NCBI GenBank assembly: GCA_002869015.1
Contig: PKTT01000031.1
Location: 95 to 64,094, forward strand
DNA from: Deltaproteobacteria bacterium
Lineage (GTDB): Bacteria; Desulfobacterota; Deferrisomatia; Deferrisomatales; BM512
Length of the DNA: 64,000 nt
Direction of reading: 5' to 3'
The notes under the pieces are model-generated. The model made no database searches and was not told where the DNA came from. It was given only the letters and a program-made list of their open reading frames with translations. The position numbers were made by a program, and so were the translations under genes. Shown here piece by piece: positions 29,801-38,710 of the stretch (position 1 is the first letter of the stretch; the number at the start of each line of letters is the position of its first letter).

Positions 29801-30423
29801 TCCCTCCTCTCAGGCGGCAGGAGGCTCCTAAAGAGCCAGACAGTGAGCCCCAGCATAAAGAACGCCCCCGGCGGCATAACCATAATCGTCCAGCGAGCAA
29901 ACCCGTCGCCGAGGACTTGATGGCCGAGGAGCGTGCCAAACCCCAGGAGTTCCCGCCAAAAAGCTATAAAAAGTAGCACCACCGAATATCCGACTCCCGC
30001 AGCGGCGCCATCCAGGAGCGCGGGGATTGGCGGATTGTGATAGGCGAAGGCCTCACAGCGGCCCATTATTATGCAGTTGGTTATTATGAGGCCCACATAG
30101 GGGCCGAGGGTTGCGCTTATCTCCGGGTAGTAAGCCTTAATCGCCAGATCGACGCAGATGACGTAGCTGGCGATGATAAGCACCTGCGCCATTATCCTCA
30201 CGTCTCGCGGAGTGTATTTCCTAAGCAGACTTACAGTGAAGCTGGACATTGCCGCGGTGAAGAAAAGCCCCGCGCTCATCACCAGAGTATTGGCTAGGAG
30301 GTTGGTCACCGCCAGGGCGGAGCAGATTCCCAGCACCTGCCTGAAGACTGGATTCTCATCCCAGATGCCGCGCCTGATGGTGGAGAGCGTAACGTTCTTT
30401 CTGATCGCCTTTATGGTGCTCAT
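29797..30423 (-). CDS. NqrD/RnfE-family membrane subunit
   Basis: Contains NPVFRQVLGICSALAVT and LIITNCIIMGR motifs. ATGA overlaps occur on both sides. Confidence 0.9.
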   Translation of the reverse strand: MSTIKAIRKNVTLSTIRRGIWDENPVFRQVLGICSALAVTNLLANTLVMSAGLFFTAAMSSFTVSLLRKYTPRDVRIMAQVLIIASYVICVDLAIKAYYPEISATLGPYVGLIITNCIIMGRCEAFAYHNPPIPALLDGAAAGVGYSVVLLFIAFWRELLGFGTLLGHQVLGDGFARWTIMVMPPGAFFMLGLTVWLFRSLLPPERRD

Positions 30424-31043
30424 TTGGCATCCCCTCCGGCGAATACGCCCCGCTTTGAGAGGTCAGCCAGAAATGGATTGATGAACCCGGCGAAGCGCGA
30501 AGAGGTCTGCGTCGCGCCCGTCACCGCCTCAACCTCATTGGCTGCAACGGGCTCGCGGTAGACGAAGGAGAGCGGCGCGCTCTTTGAGCTATCAATTCTC
30601 TTGCCCCTGAACTGCTCAGTGAACCACTTCTCTGAGATTCTCCCCCCGAGGCCGGGCGTCTCCTGGTGGCTGATTATCGAAAGTCCAAGGAGGGTGTTGC
30701 CGTCGGGAGCAACCGCGACTACCCCCCTTACGGGCCCCCAGAACCCCGGCGCCGTGAAGGGAAAAGCGTACCCCTTGAGGGCGCCCTCTACATCGCTGGC
30801 GCTATAATATTCCCCCGAGGGCCCCGACTTCTCGGATACCCTTGCACCCCAGAGCTCGGCGAGCGCCTGCGGGGATTCGGGGGCTTTGATTCCCAGCGCC
30901 TCAAGCACCCTTGAACGCTGGGCAGCCACCCTCCCCTGCTCAACCTTCTCGCGGGTGTACTGCTCGACGCCGGAGACAGCGCCGCCGAAGAAGACCGCCA
31001 ATAATGCGATGAAGAGTATCGAGTAAAGTGGAGACTTATTCAT
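30420..31043 (-). CDS. NqrC/RnfG-family FMN-binding subunit
   Basis: One N-terminal TM helix and the covalent-FMN threonine motif VTGATQTSS. The 207-aa length is RnfG-like. Confidence 0.8.
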   Translation of the reverse strand: MNKSPLYSILFIALLAVFFGGAVSGVEQYTREKVEQGRVAAQRSRVLEALGIKAPESPQALAELWGARVSEKSGPSGEYYSASDVEGALKGYAFPFTAPGFWGPVRGVVAVAPDGNTLLGLSIISHQETPGLGGRISEKWFTEQFRGKRIDSSKSAPLSFVYREPVAANEVEAVTGATQTSSRFAGFINPFLADLSKRGVFAGGDAK

Positions 31044-31998
31044 GGGCAGCCTCCACCTTCCTCATCGACTTGAGCCCCTTGATGCCCATCTCGGCGATGG
31101 GGCCGAAGGTGTTGCCTAAGAGAATGGCGAACATAGTCCCCTCGGGGAAGTTCCCGAAATTTCTTATGAGCATAATCGAGAGGCCGATTATCGCCCCGTA
31201 GGCTACCTTCCCCTCCTTTGAGGCGACGGCGCTGACAGGGTCGGTCGCCATAAAAAAGACGCCGAAGAGGAGGCCCCCGGCGAAGATTGCGTAAGCTGGA
31301 TTTAACGGCGCCCCCCACCCCATCAGATAACATGTTCCCGCGGCGGCAAAGTAGGTTACAAGCGCCGAGATAACTATCTCCCGCGAAGCGACCTTTTTGT
31401 AGAGGAGATATAGCCCGCCGAGGATTACCAAAACGGCGGAGGACTCTCCTATGCAGCCGGGGATACGGCCGATGATGAGGTCGACGAGGTCTCTTCCGCC
31501 GCCTGAGGCCATCGCGGCCAGTGGCGTAGCGCCTGTAACTGCTTCATGGGGGCCGTAAAAGATAAATCCTGCGATGGGGCCCCGGAGAGGTTCAAACCAG
31601 GCTCCGGTTATCTGGGCGGGAAAGGAGACGAAGATGAAAGCGCGCCCAACCAGCGCGGGGTTGAAGAGGTTTCTTCCGAAGCCGCCGAAGAGCTCCTTGC
31701 CGAAGGCAACGCCGACAACCGCCCCCACAGCGGCAATCCAGAGGGGGATGCCGGGGGGCAGCGTGAGCGCCAGAAGGGTTCCGGTGACGAATACCGCCTC
31801 CGTAACAGCTTCACCCCGTTTTTTCGTAAAGTAATACTCAGTTGCGTAGGCTGCGATGTTAGTAGTAAGGAGGATTAGCAGCGCCCGCCAGCCATAAAGA
31901 TATATTGAGAAGATGACAAGCGGCGCGATTGCGCGAAGCACGGTGCTCATCACCGGCTGCCTTTTTATCCACGGCAATTTTTTTACATCGCTGCTCAT
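31036..31998 (-). CDS. NqrB/RnfD-family membrane subunit
   Basis: A polytopic protein with the covalent-FMN motif VTGATPLAAM. I preferred the ATG at 31998, which has an AGGTGAG Shine-Dalgarno. The roughly 320-aa length is RnfD-like. Confidence 0.85.
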   Translation of the reverse strand: MSSDVKKLPWIKRQPVMSTVLRAIAPLVIFSIYLYGWRALLILLTTNIAAYATEYYFTKKRGEAVTEAVFVTGTLLALTLPPGIPLWIAAVGAVVGVAFGKELFGGFGRNLFNPALVGRAFIFVSFPAQITGAWFEPLRGPIAGFIFYGPHEAVTGATPLAAMASGGGRDLVDLIIGRIPGCIGESSAVLVILGGLYLLYKKVASREIVISALVTYFAAAGTCYLMGWGAPLNPAYAIFAGGLLFGVFFMATDPVSAVASKEGKVAYGAIIGLSIMLIRNFGNFPEGTMFAILLGNTFGPIAEMGIKGLKSMRKVEAAHE

Positions 31999-32005
31999 CT
32001 TAGTC

Positions 32006-32434
32006 TCACCTGTTACCAACGCCTATCGGCACAACCGCCAGAGTTTGGCTGAGTCTGGCCACCTCACGGCCGTCACCGCCCCACACCTTGCCCTCTGTAA
32101 AAATTATGGATTTACCGGCTCGCACCACCTCGGCGCGGCAAGTGAGGCGCGGCCCCATAGCCGGGCGAAGCATGGAAATCTTGAACTCTACCGAGAGAAC
32201 CGTCTGGTCCCGCCTACAGGAGGTCCATCCGGCGCCACCCCCGGTATGGTCGGCGAGGGTTGCGAGCACCCCCGCGTGGACAAAGCCATCTTGCTGCGTC
32301 ATCCTCTCGGAGACATTCAGCGCCGTCTCCACATAATCCTCACCGACAGCGGTCAGCTCTATCCCCATCTCGCGCACGAAAGCAGCACGAAAGAAGAGCT
32401 CTCTAAGCCAATTGGGGTCTTGCGATGAAGGCAT
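32006..32434 (-). CDS. PaaI/YigI-family hotdog thioesterase
   Basis: Contains GFVHAGVLATLADHTGG and a length of 142 aa. It lies immediately upstream of the nqr/rnf-like genes on the same strand. Confidence 0.8.
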   Translation of the reverse strand: MPSSQDPNWLRELFFRAAFVREMGIELTAVGEDYVETALNVSERMTQQDGFVHAGVLATLADHTGGGAGWTSCRRDQTVLSVEFKISMLRPAMGPRLTCRAEVVRAGKSIIFTEGKVWGGDGREVARLSQTLAVVPIGVGNR

Positions 32435-32523
32435 CGTGGACTCTTGAAATGGTTAAAAAGGTGACAGCAACATGATACAAGAGTACGCGGTTAATCCCAA
32501 ACGTCAATGGGGTTATAAAATAC

Positions 32524-33096
32524 CTAAGAGGCCCCGCCTATCTCCTGGGCGAAGGTTATGGCTTCCTTCTTAACACCCTCTCCCAAATCCTCCGGCGCCG
32601 CGCACCTTCCGATGAAGAGCTCCCCGGCCTTGACCGCCATGTGTGGCCTCTGAAGGCGGTTGAAAGCTGTAAAGGTTGCCTCGGCGTTGTTCTCCCAGGG
32701 CCCCGCGCCGGTAACGAGGAGCGCCTGGCGCTGTCCCTCGACCAGTGAGGCATGGGTCGGCTGATGGTAATCGATATAAAGGGAGTAGCTTCTGTCTATA
32801 AGTGATTTTAGCGGCCCGGCCACACCCCAGAAGTAGAGGGGCGAGGTAAAGAGCACCAGCTCGGCGGCAACCATCTTCTCAAGTATCGAAATGGCGTCGT
32901 CTTTTATAACGCACCCAACTTCATCAGCCTTTCCCTTGCACTTCATACAGGCAAGGCAACCTTTTATATCCTTATCCTGCAAAGTGATCCGCTCGACCTC
33001 ATGGCCCATGCTGCCAAGCTCCTCAACTACCCATCCGGTAACGGTGGAGGTATTGCCGCTCTTTCTGGCCCCACCCTCTAAAACAAGAACCTTCAT
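32524..33096 (-). CDS. Flavodoxin-like / iron-sulfur flavoprotein (Isf-like) FMN reductase
   Basis: MKVLVLEGGARKSGNTS is a NADPH-dependent FMN reductase N-terminus. A compact Cys cluster (CLACMKCKGKADEVGC) resembles that of Isf proteins. Confidence 0.75.
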   Translation of the reverse strand: MKVLVLEGGARKSGNTSTVTGWVVEELGSMGHEVERITLQDKDIKGCLACMKCKGKADEVGCVIKDDAISILEKMVAAELVLFTSPLYFWGVAGPLKSLIDRSYSLYIDYHQPTHASLVEGQRQALLVTGAGPWENNAEATFTAFNRLQRPHMAVKAGELFIGRCAAPEDLGEGVKKEAITFAQEIGGAS

Positions 33097-33386
33097 CCTT
33101 AAAACCTTTCATAAAAACAATTTGTTGAACAATTTGCCGGGGCCCGCGCCAAAGAACGCGGCAACCTAATCGCGGCAGCCGACTATGGCATACCGGGAGT
33201 ACAGCTCACCCATCCTACAACCTTTAATCTGATTTCAAAGTATTTTTTGGATTTTTACGGAAAATTTAAATGGAGAGTATCAACGCTTAAAGATAAATAC
33301 GGTCACTTTGCGCACCCGAGCCTCACCCCGCCGCAGATGATAAAGCGGGGGCAAATAAGATACAAAAACTCCAATTACGGGGTGCG

Positions 33387-33596
33387 CTAGGAGGTGTGGC
33401 ACTCCCTGCTACAGTAATAACAACCATCCGCTGTGGGGTAGAGCAGCTTTGCTTTTGCCATTGCGCCGTGGCAGCTTGGAAAGTTGCCGAGGTCTAACTT
33501 GTTCCACTCATCGGGCCCATGCTCGCAGTCCCATACGTGAACCTCGTGGTCCCTTGTCCCCGATTGTGCATTCTTGTTGACGCAGTATCTCGGCAT
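33387..33596 (-). CDS. Small Cys/His-rich protein (69 aa), function unknown
   Basis: MPRYCVNKNAQSGTRDHEVHVWDCEHGP...SCHGAM...GCYYCSRECHTS. It sits alone between AT-rich spacers. Confidence 0.55.
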   Translation of the reverse strand: MPRYCVNKNAQSGTRDHEVHVWDCEHGPDEWNKLDLGNFPSCHGAMAKAKLLYPTADGCYYCSRECHTS

Positions 33597-33760
33597 CCTA
33601 TTCTCCTTTAATGAAAAATGGCGTTCTTAAATTCGGTGTAAATATTTAATATTATTAATTATTTTACGCCAGAGAGGAGAATAGATCGGAAATAGAAAAG
33701 GTCAAGGCCTTCTTTTCAAAACTACTTATGAGGCAGGATTTAATTTATAGAGACAGCTCT

Positions 33761-34375
33761 TTAAAGCCCCTTAGCGGGCTCAATGGCGTCGAAGGTGCAG
33801 TATTCGGCGCAGCGGCCGCATTCAAGGCAGCGGGAACCGTCCACAACATATATCTCACCCTTTGATATAGCGCCGACGGGACACTCGGGCTCACACGCCC
33901 CGCAAGCTGTGCAAGCCTTGGTTATAAAGGCTCCGGGAACCGAGGGTTCCTCTCCGCCGAAGGCGAAGCGCTCTCTTTCGGGCAGCCCGCCGGAGAGGTC
34001 GAACAGCTCCCCACGCCCTCTGTAGAGTTGGAATACTTCAAGGATGTCGTCCTTGCCTCCGGGGTAGAGTTGTGAGAGCACCGGGTTGTCGATGAATATC
34101 TTCTCTCTCACCTTGGGGTCGGAGTTGGGGCGGACATCGCCTACAACGCGCACGGAGACCCACTCCGGGGTCATCGCTGTAACGGCTACAACTTCACCCT
34201 CTATTATCTCACGGTAAAATGGTTTTCCCCGCCCGGTGAGGAAGTATAGCCCCTCATCATCGACCATCATCACGTCAATTATCCGTGCCGAGGGGACTCC
34301 CTGCTCCACTGTCGCGAAGGTAACGGATTTGATCTCCCTGAGGTAGGCCAGAGCCCTTTTGGCTAACTCATCCAT
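33761..34375 (-). CDS. PNPOx-like FMN-binding domain fused to a 2x[4Fe-4S] ferredoxin domain
   Basis: The N-terminus has a split-barrel-like sequence (VTFATVEQGVPSARIIDVM...LYFLTGRGKPFY). The C-terminus has CTACGACEPECP and CLECGRCAEYC motifs. Confidence 0.8.
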   Translation of the reverse strand: MDELAKRALAYLREIKSVTFATVEQGVPSARIIDVMMVDDEGLYFLTGRGKPFYREIIEGEVVAVTAMTPEWVSVRVVGDVRPNSDPKVREKIFIDNPVLSQLYPGGKDDILEVFQLYRGRGELFDLSGGLPERERFAFGGEEPSVPGAFITKACTACGACEPECPVGAISKGEIYVVDGSRCLECGRCAEYCTFDAIEPAKGL

Positions 34376-34383
34376 AGAAAATC

Positions 34384-35367
34384 CTATCTGCGTCCAAGGA
34401 GCAGACGCGGTTTTGCGCCGTAGTCTATGCGCTCGGTTTTCATGAGGCCTGCGCCGCGCATCATCTCTTCCAGCTCTTTAAATGAGTAAGCCCTGCCGCC
34501 TGGGGTGGCGGCGAGCATGTGTACTCCGAAAAACGCCGCTGCGACAGGCCCATCCTTGTCATCGTCAAGGAAGTGCTCGTGTACGCAGAATACACCATCC
34601 GGCGTAAGGACGTCAGCCAGCCTCCCGACCATCCTCTCCACCTCCGCCTCAGGCAGCATATGGAGGATCTGGCTGGTCCAGATAAAGTCGTAGGGCCCAC
34701 CGAGGGGGTCTTTTAGGAAGTCGCCGGAGATAAACTCGATGCGGTCGCTGCCCTCCTTGCCGGCGATGAAATTTTTGGCTATTGGCGTCACCCTCGGCAG
34801 GTCGAAGTGGAACACCTTCGCGCCTTTAGCCTCCGCCAAAAACGCCAGGGCATAATTGCCAGGCCCTCCCCCCAGATCGAGGATGCTCTCCCTATCTCTC
34901 AGGGGCAGTATGCCCGCCACCTTCGGGGCCATATCACGGGTTATATTCTCCATTCCCAGGATAAAATTCTTTAACGCTTCATCGACCTTCGGGAGGCTCT
35001 CCTTCTTCCGCCTGCACTTGGCGCTGCCTGTGCGCAGGGTAGCCTCAAGGTCGCTCCAATCCTCCCAGCTCGCGTGGATATGCTCAAGCACCGCCCCCCT
35101 GTAACCCTCCCTGCCCTTTACAAGATAACGCTCCGCCTCCTCGGAGAGGGCATAGCCGGAGACCCCCTTAGTCAATATGCCCACCGAGGTCAGGGCGTCG
35201 GCGACTATACCCAGCGCCCTGGGGTCCAAGGCAAGCTTAGCCCCAAGCGCATCCTCTTTTTTGGGTCCATCCGCGAGGGCGTCGAAAAGACCAACCCTTA
35301 GCGCTGTAAGGAAGGTTTTGGCCGGTTGATAGCCTGACGCCATCATTCGCATCTCTTCAAAGGTCAT
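34384..35367 (-). CDS. Class I SAM-dependent O-methyltransferase with an N-terminal dimerisation/wHTH domain
   Basis: Contains the SAM motif ILDLGGGPGNYA and the overall architecture of Methyltransf_2-type O-methyltransferases. Confidence 0.8.
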   Translation of the reverse strand: MTFEEMRMMASGYQPAKTFLTALRVGLFDALADGPKKEDALGAKLALDPRALGIVADALTSVGILTKGVSGYALSEEAERYLVKGREGYRGAVLEHIHASWEDWSDLEATLRTGSAKCRRKKESLPKVDEALKNFILGMENITRDMAPKVAGILPLRDRESILDLGGGPGNYALAFLAEAKGAKVFHFDLPRVTPIAKNFIAGKEGSDRIEFISGDFLKDPLGGPYDFIWTSQILHMLPEAEVERMVGRLADVLTPDGVFCVHEHFLDDDKDGPVAAAFFGVHMLAATPGGRAYSFKELEEMMRGAGLMKTERIDYGAKPRLLLGRR

Positions 35368-35376
35368 AGGTGTACC

Positions 35377-35586
35377 TTATGGAAATTTGGAGGTTATCCA
35401 CTTTAGCGCAATGAGAAAGAGGGGCGCCGAGTGGAGCAGGAGGTCAAAGATGTCGAGGGGCCTTTTAAGCTCACCGCCTAAAAGCATCTTTATCTTTTCA
35501 ACCAGATGGGGCTCGGGGATAAATGGCGCGAGACCAAGGAGGACCGCCGCGCCTATCAGTACACTGTAGGGTACGTTTTCCAGCAC
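35377..35586 (-). CDS. Small membrane protein (69 aa), conserved-hypothetical type
   Basis: Two hydrophobic segments flank PFIPEPHLVEKIKMLLGGELKRPLDIFD. It is tightly packed upstream of the O-methyltransferase gene. Confidence 0.5.
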   Translation of the reverse strand: MLENVPYSVLIGAAVLLGLAPFIPEPHLVEKIKMLLGGELKRPLDIFDLLLHSAPLFLIALKWITSKFP

Positions 35587-35629
35587 GGGGCCTCCCTTCC
35601 GCTTTGGGTTTCGCTATATGTACAGTATA

Positions 35630-36166
35630 TCAGCCACCCTCTTTGGCCGCTATCCATTCGGTAATTTCGGGGAGGGTCCTCTGATGCCACTCCCCCGAGA
35701 GACGAAGGTCCGCGTAGCGCATGAAGAGCCCGTCGACAACCTCCATGCAGTCCCTTATGTAGGCCAGCCTGACCAGCACTGTGCCCTCAATAGGGTCCTC
35801 ATCCTCGTCGGGGAGGACAGTTGGAATCTTCATCGAGGTAACGTCAAAGGTCGCCCCGTCGATGGTGAATGACCACTGATATTCGCCCTTGGTCATGCCG
35901 AAGCGCGCGCGGGTGACCTTCTTGCCGACCGCCAGCGCGGCTGCGGCCTCGGCGGAGCGGGAGACGTCCCCTGTCTTTAGGATGTTCTCCTTGGACTGCG
36001 ACTGGGGAGACTCCAAAACCAGCATATCGTCGATGTAGAGAGCGACGGGGCCGATTTCGCCGCCCAAATCCACCTCGCCCCCCTCTGTTTCGGTTAAGAA
36101 CCATAGCCAGGTGAGGAAATCATGCCCCCAGAAAGCCTTCTCCTCAATTGTCTTCAATATATCCAT
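35630..36166 (-). CDS. RdgC C-terminal-half-like protein, translationally coupled to the upstream gene
   Basis: The ATG at 36166 overlaps the upstream TGA (TGATG). FLTWLWF..., GKKVTRARF and the DEDEDPIEG...LFMRY pattern parallel the C-terminal third of E. coli RdgC by eye. Confidence 0.55.
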   Translation of the reverse strand: MDILKTIEEKAFWGHDFLTWLWFLTETEGGEVDLGGEIGPVALYIDDMLVLESPQSQSKENILKTGDVSRSAEAAAALAVGKKVTRARFGMTKGEYQWSFTIDGATFDVTSMKIPTVLPDEDEDPIEGTVLVRLAYIRDCMEVVDGLFMRYADLRLSGEWHQRTLPEITEWIAAKEGG

Positions 36167-36783
36167 CAGGACTCGCTCCCCGGCGCGAACCAAGCGCCCG
36201 TCACCGCTTCACCGACCTTCTCGTCTCCCTTTTCCCGGGCAAGGAGGGCATAGGGGAAGAGGGGGCGCACCTTTAGGTTGAAGGTCTTTTCAAATAGGGT
36301 GCGGAAGGTCTCAGCGACCTTCTCTGCGCAGGCGAAAAGGTATAGCTCGCCCCGCTTTGTATCCCAGCTGAACTCCACCGTGCGTATGGTGGGCAGCACC
36401 TTCGCCGAGAGCTCCTGCTTGACGATCTCCTTTATCTCCATCTTCTCATTCCTTGAGAGGCGCTCGCGGCCATCGCGCTCCTTACGCTCCTCCTCAAGGA
36501 CCTTGCAGCGGTGATTCAAAATGCGGGCGGGGACCCTCCTCGTATCGATGCGAAGGGTAAGGTTGATTGTGTCGCCAATCTCCCAGCGGCCACGGTAGAG
36601 CTCGGCGTCAAAGACATCATCGATGGTAACCCACCCGACCGCCTCCTCCCGGAGGTCCGCCTCGGTTAACTCTACAAAGGAGTGGCTCTTGATCGACTCC
36701 TCGAATTTATCGAGGTAGCCGGCGGGGAGCTCCCCAATTACCTGGTAACGGCGCAACCTGATTGCGCCGGTTAAAAGTGCCAT
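36166..36783 (-). CDS. RdgC N-terminal-like recombination-associated protein
   Basis: The start is set at the ATG at 36783 (GGAG-N6-ATG), because the longer track ORF would overlap the divergent lysE-family gene. IRLRRYQV, GWVTIDD, RRVPARIL, KEIVKQELSAKVLP and FSWDTKRGELYL follow the RdgC order of motifs. Confidence 0.65.
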   Translation of the reverse strand: MALLTGAIRLRRYQVIGELPAGYLDKFEESIKSHSFVELTEADLREEAVGWVTIDDVFDAELYRGRWEIGDTINLTLRIDTRRVPARILNHRCKVLEEERKERDGRERLSRNEKMEIKEIVKQELSAKVLPTIRTVEFSWDTKRGELYLFACAEKVAETFRTLFEKTFNLKVRPLFPYALLAREKGDEKVGEAVTGAWFAPGSES

Positions 36784-36879
36784 CGTCATCTCCGTAGGGT
36801 GCTGCGGGGTCCAAAGCAATAAGGTTGGTATAATTGGAGGGGCTGGCACTGTCAACCGGGAGCGTGGTACATTTACGCC

Positions 36880-37530
36880 ATGCAGCCCGTTGACTCTCTC
36901 CCCCTCGTCTGGTTTTCCTCCTTCATCCTTGCCTTTTCCGGCGCAATGATGCCAGGGCCGATGCTCGCGGTGACCATAAGGGAATCCGCCAGAAGGGGCT
37001 TCATCGCGGGGCCCCTCGTCGTCGCGGGCCATGCCTTCCTCGAACTCGCCCTCGTCACCGGCCTTTATCTAGGCCTTGCAGCGCTCTTTGAGGAGAGAAT
37101 ATTTCTGGGGTTCATTGGAGTCATCGGCGGCGCGGCGCTCCTTAAAATGGCGTGGGGAATGTTTCATGAGCTCCCCTCCCTCACCCTAGACTTCAGCGCC
37201 AAAGTGGGCAAGGGGGCAAACCCCTTCGTGAGCGGAATCGTAACCTCCGTCACCAACCCCTACTTCACCCTCTGGTGGGCAACGGCGGGGCTCTCGGCAA
37301 TAACCCTGACCTCCCGTGGCGGCATAGCGGCGCCGGGTGTCTTTTACGCGGGTCACATCACCGGCGACCTTGTCTGGTACTCAGTCATCTCCGGGCTCGT
37401 CCACTTTGGCAGGAAGTTTTTGACCGACAGGCGCTACCGCATCCTCGTCGGCCTTATGGCTACGCTTCTCGTTATCTTCTCACTATTATTCATCGTTAAC
37501 GGAGTTTCTCAGTTCGTCACCAACCAGTAA
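36880..37530 (+). CDS. LysE/RhtB-family amino-acid exporter
   Basis: The N-terminal GAMMPGPMLAV motif and six hydrophobic helices over 216 aa. Confidence 0.85.
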   Translation: MQPVDSLPLVWFSSFILAFSGAMMPGPMLAVTIRESARRGFIAGPLVVAGHAFLELALVTGLYLGLAALFEERIFLGFIGVIGGAALLKMAWGMFHELPSLTLDFSAKVGKGANPFVSGIVTSVTNPYFTLWWATAGLSAITLTSRGGIAAPGVFYAGHITGDLVWYSVISGLVHFGRKFLTDRRYRILVGLMATLLVIFSLLFIVNGVSQFVTNQ

Positions 37531-37535
37531 AATAC

Positions 37536-37874
37536 ATGAGGTTTATGATGGAATATCCTGAATTCATTAAGAATATGCCCTCCGCAGAGATACCATTTGA
37601 AGGGGCGGCTGCGAACCTCCTTACCGGCAAGGAGGGGCAGGCGGCATTCTTCAAATTAAAGAAGGGTTTTTTGGTGCCCCCCCACTCCCACGGCGAGCAA
37701 TGGGGCATCATGGTCTCGGGCGAGCTTGAGTTGACCATAGGTGAAGAGACAAAGGTCTACAAGGCGGGTGATTCCTACTATATCGGTGAGGGCGTCACGC
37801 ACTCGGCCAACTGCCTAACAGATGTCCTTGCGATAGATATCTTTGCCGACCCGGAGCGCTACAAGGCCAGATAA
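37536..37874 (+). CDS. Cupin-domain protein
   Basis: G-x5-HSH-x-E...G...H cupin motifs (PPHSHGEQWGIMVSGELE...GVTHSA). Confidence 0.75.
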   Translation: MRFMMEYPEFIKNMPSAEIPFEGAAANLLTGKEGQAAFFKLKKGFLVPPHSHGEQWGIMVSGELELTIGEETKVYKAGDSYYIGEGVTHSANCLTDVLAIDIFADPERYKAR

Positions 37875-37879
37875 CCTCT

Positions 37880-38710
37880 TCAGGCAGGGAATATTTCGCC
37901 ATCGAAGGGGGGAATAAGGTCGAGGTCACGCTGACGGCGCAATAGCTCCCTAACCGCAGCCTCCCCCTCCTCGCCCAGCTCCCTTGAGAACTCATTTACG
38001 TATAGCCCGATATGGCTCTTTACGACCTCTTCGGAGAGCTCCTGAGAGTGCTCGCGCACATACTCCAGCACCTCGCCGGGGTTGGCGAGGGCATACTCAT
38101 AGCTCTCCCTCAACCACCGCTCCACCTTGCGCGGGTCTGGGCCGCCGGGGAGGTCTCTCTTAAGCATGATGCAGCCGAGAGGGATCGGCGCGCCGGTGCT
38201 TCGCTCCCACCACTGCCCCAGGTCCTCCACGGCGACGAGGCCGCGCTCGCCGTAGGTGAAGCGCCCCTCGTGGATGATAACACCCGACCTAACCTCCCCC
38301 GACTTAACCGCTTCCATCACATCGCTAAAGATCATCGGCACACCCTCGACGCCGCCTGTGCGGAGGGTTAGGAGCAGATAGGCGGTGGTGTTGACGCCGG
38401 GGTGCGCCACCGGATACTCCGCGTACTCCTCAGGAGCGCCGGGGCTGGCGGCTATCCAGAGAGGGCCGCAGCCGCGCCCGAGCGCGCCGCCGGAGCGTAG
38501 GCACCAGTAGTCATGAAGGACTTTACCCAAAAGACCGTAGCTCGCCTTGGAGAGCTCCAGCTCCCCATTAAGAGCCATAAGGTTCAGCGCCTCCACATCA
38601 TCCAGAACGGGCTCAAACTGATACCCCTCCGTATCAATGAGGCCCTTCACCAGCGCGTAAAACTGGATAGTGTCATTGGGGCATGGGGAATAGCCGAAGC
38701 GGAGCTTCAT
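37880..38710 (-). CDS. mqnD: 1,4-dihydroxy-6-naphthoate synthase (futalosine pathway MqnD)
   Basis: GYSPCPNDT..FYAL, DVEALN and LRSGGALGRGCGPL are MqnD-type motifs, as opposed to MqnA-type. Confidence 0.8.
   Translation of the reverse strand: MKLRFGYSPCPNDTIQFYALVKGLIDTEGYQFEPVLDDVEALNLMALNGELELSKASYGLLGKVLHDYWCLRSGGALGRGCGPLWIAASPGAPEEYAEYPVAHPGVNTTAYLLLTLRTGGVEGVPMIFSDVMEAVKSGEVRSGVIIHEGRFTYGERGLVAVEDLGQWWERSTGAPIPLGCIMLKRDLPGGPDPRKVERWLRESYEYALANPGEVLEYVREHSQELSEEVVKSHIGLYVNEFSRELGEEGEAAVRELLRRQRDLDLIPPFDGEIFPA

Noticed and set aside
36784-37032. An 83-aa N-terminal extension of the RdgC-like ORF (track start at 37032).
   Set aside because: The extension is Gly/Pro/Arg/His-rich with no RdgC similarity, and it overlaps the divergent LysE-family gene starting at 36880. 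An internal ATG at 36783 has a GGAG Shine-Dalgarno and matches the RdgC N-terminus.
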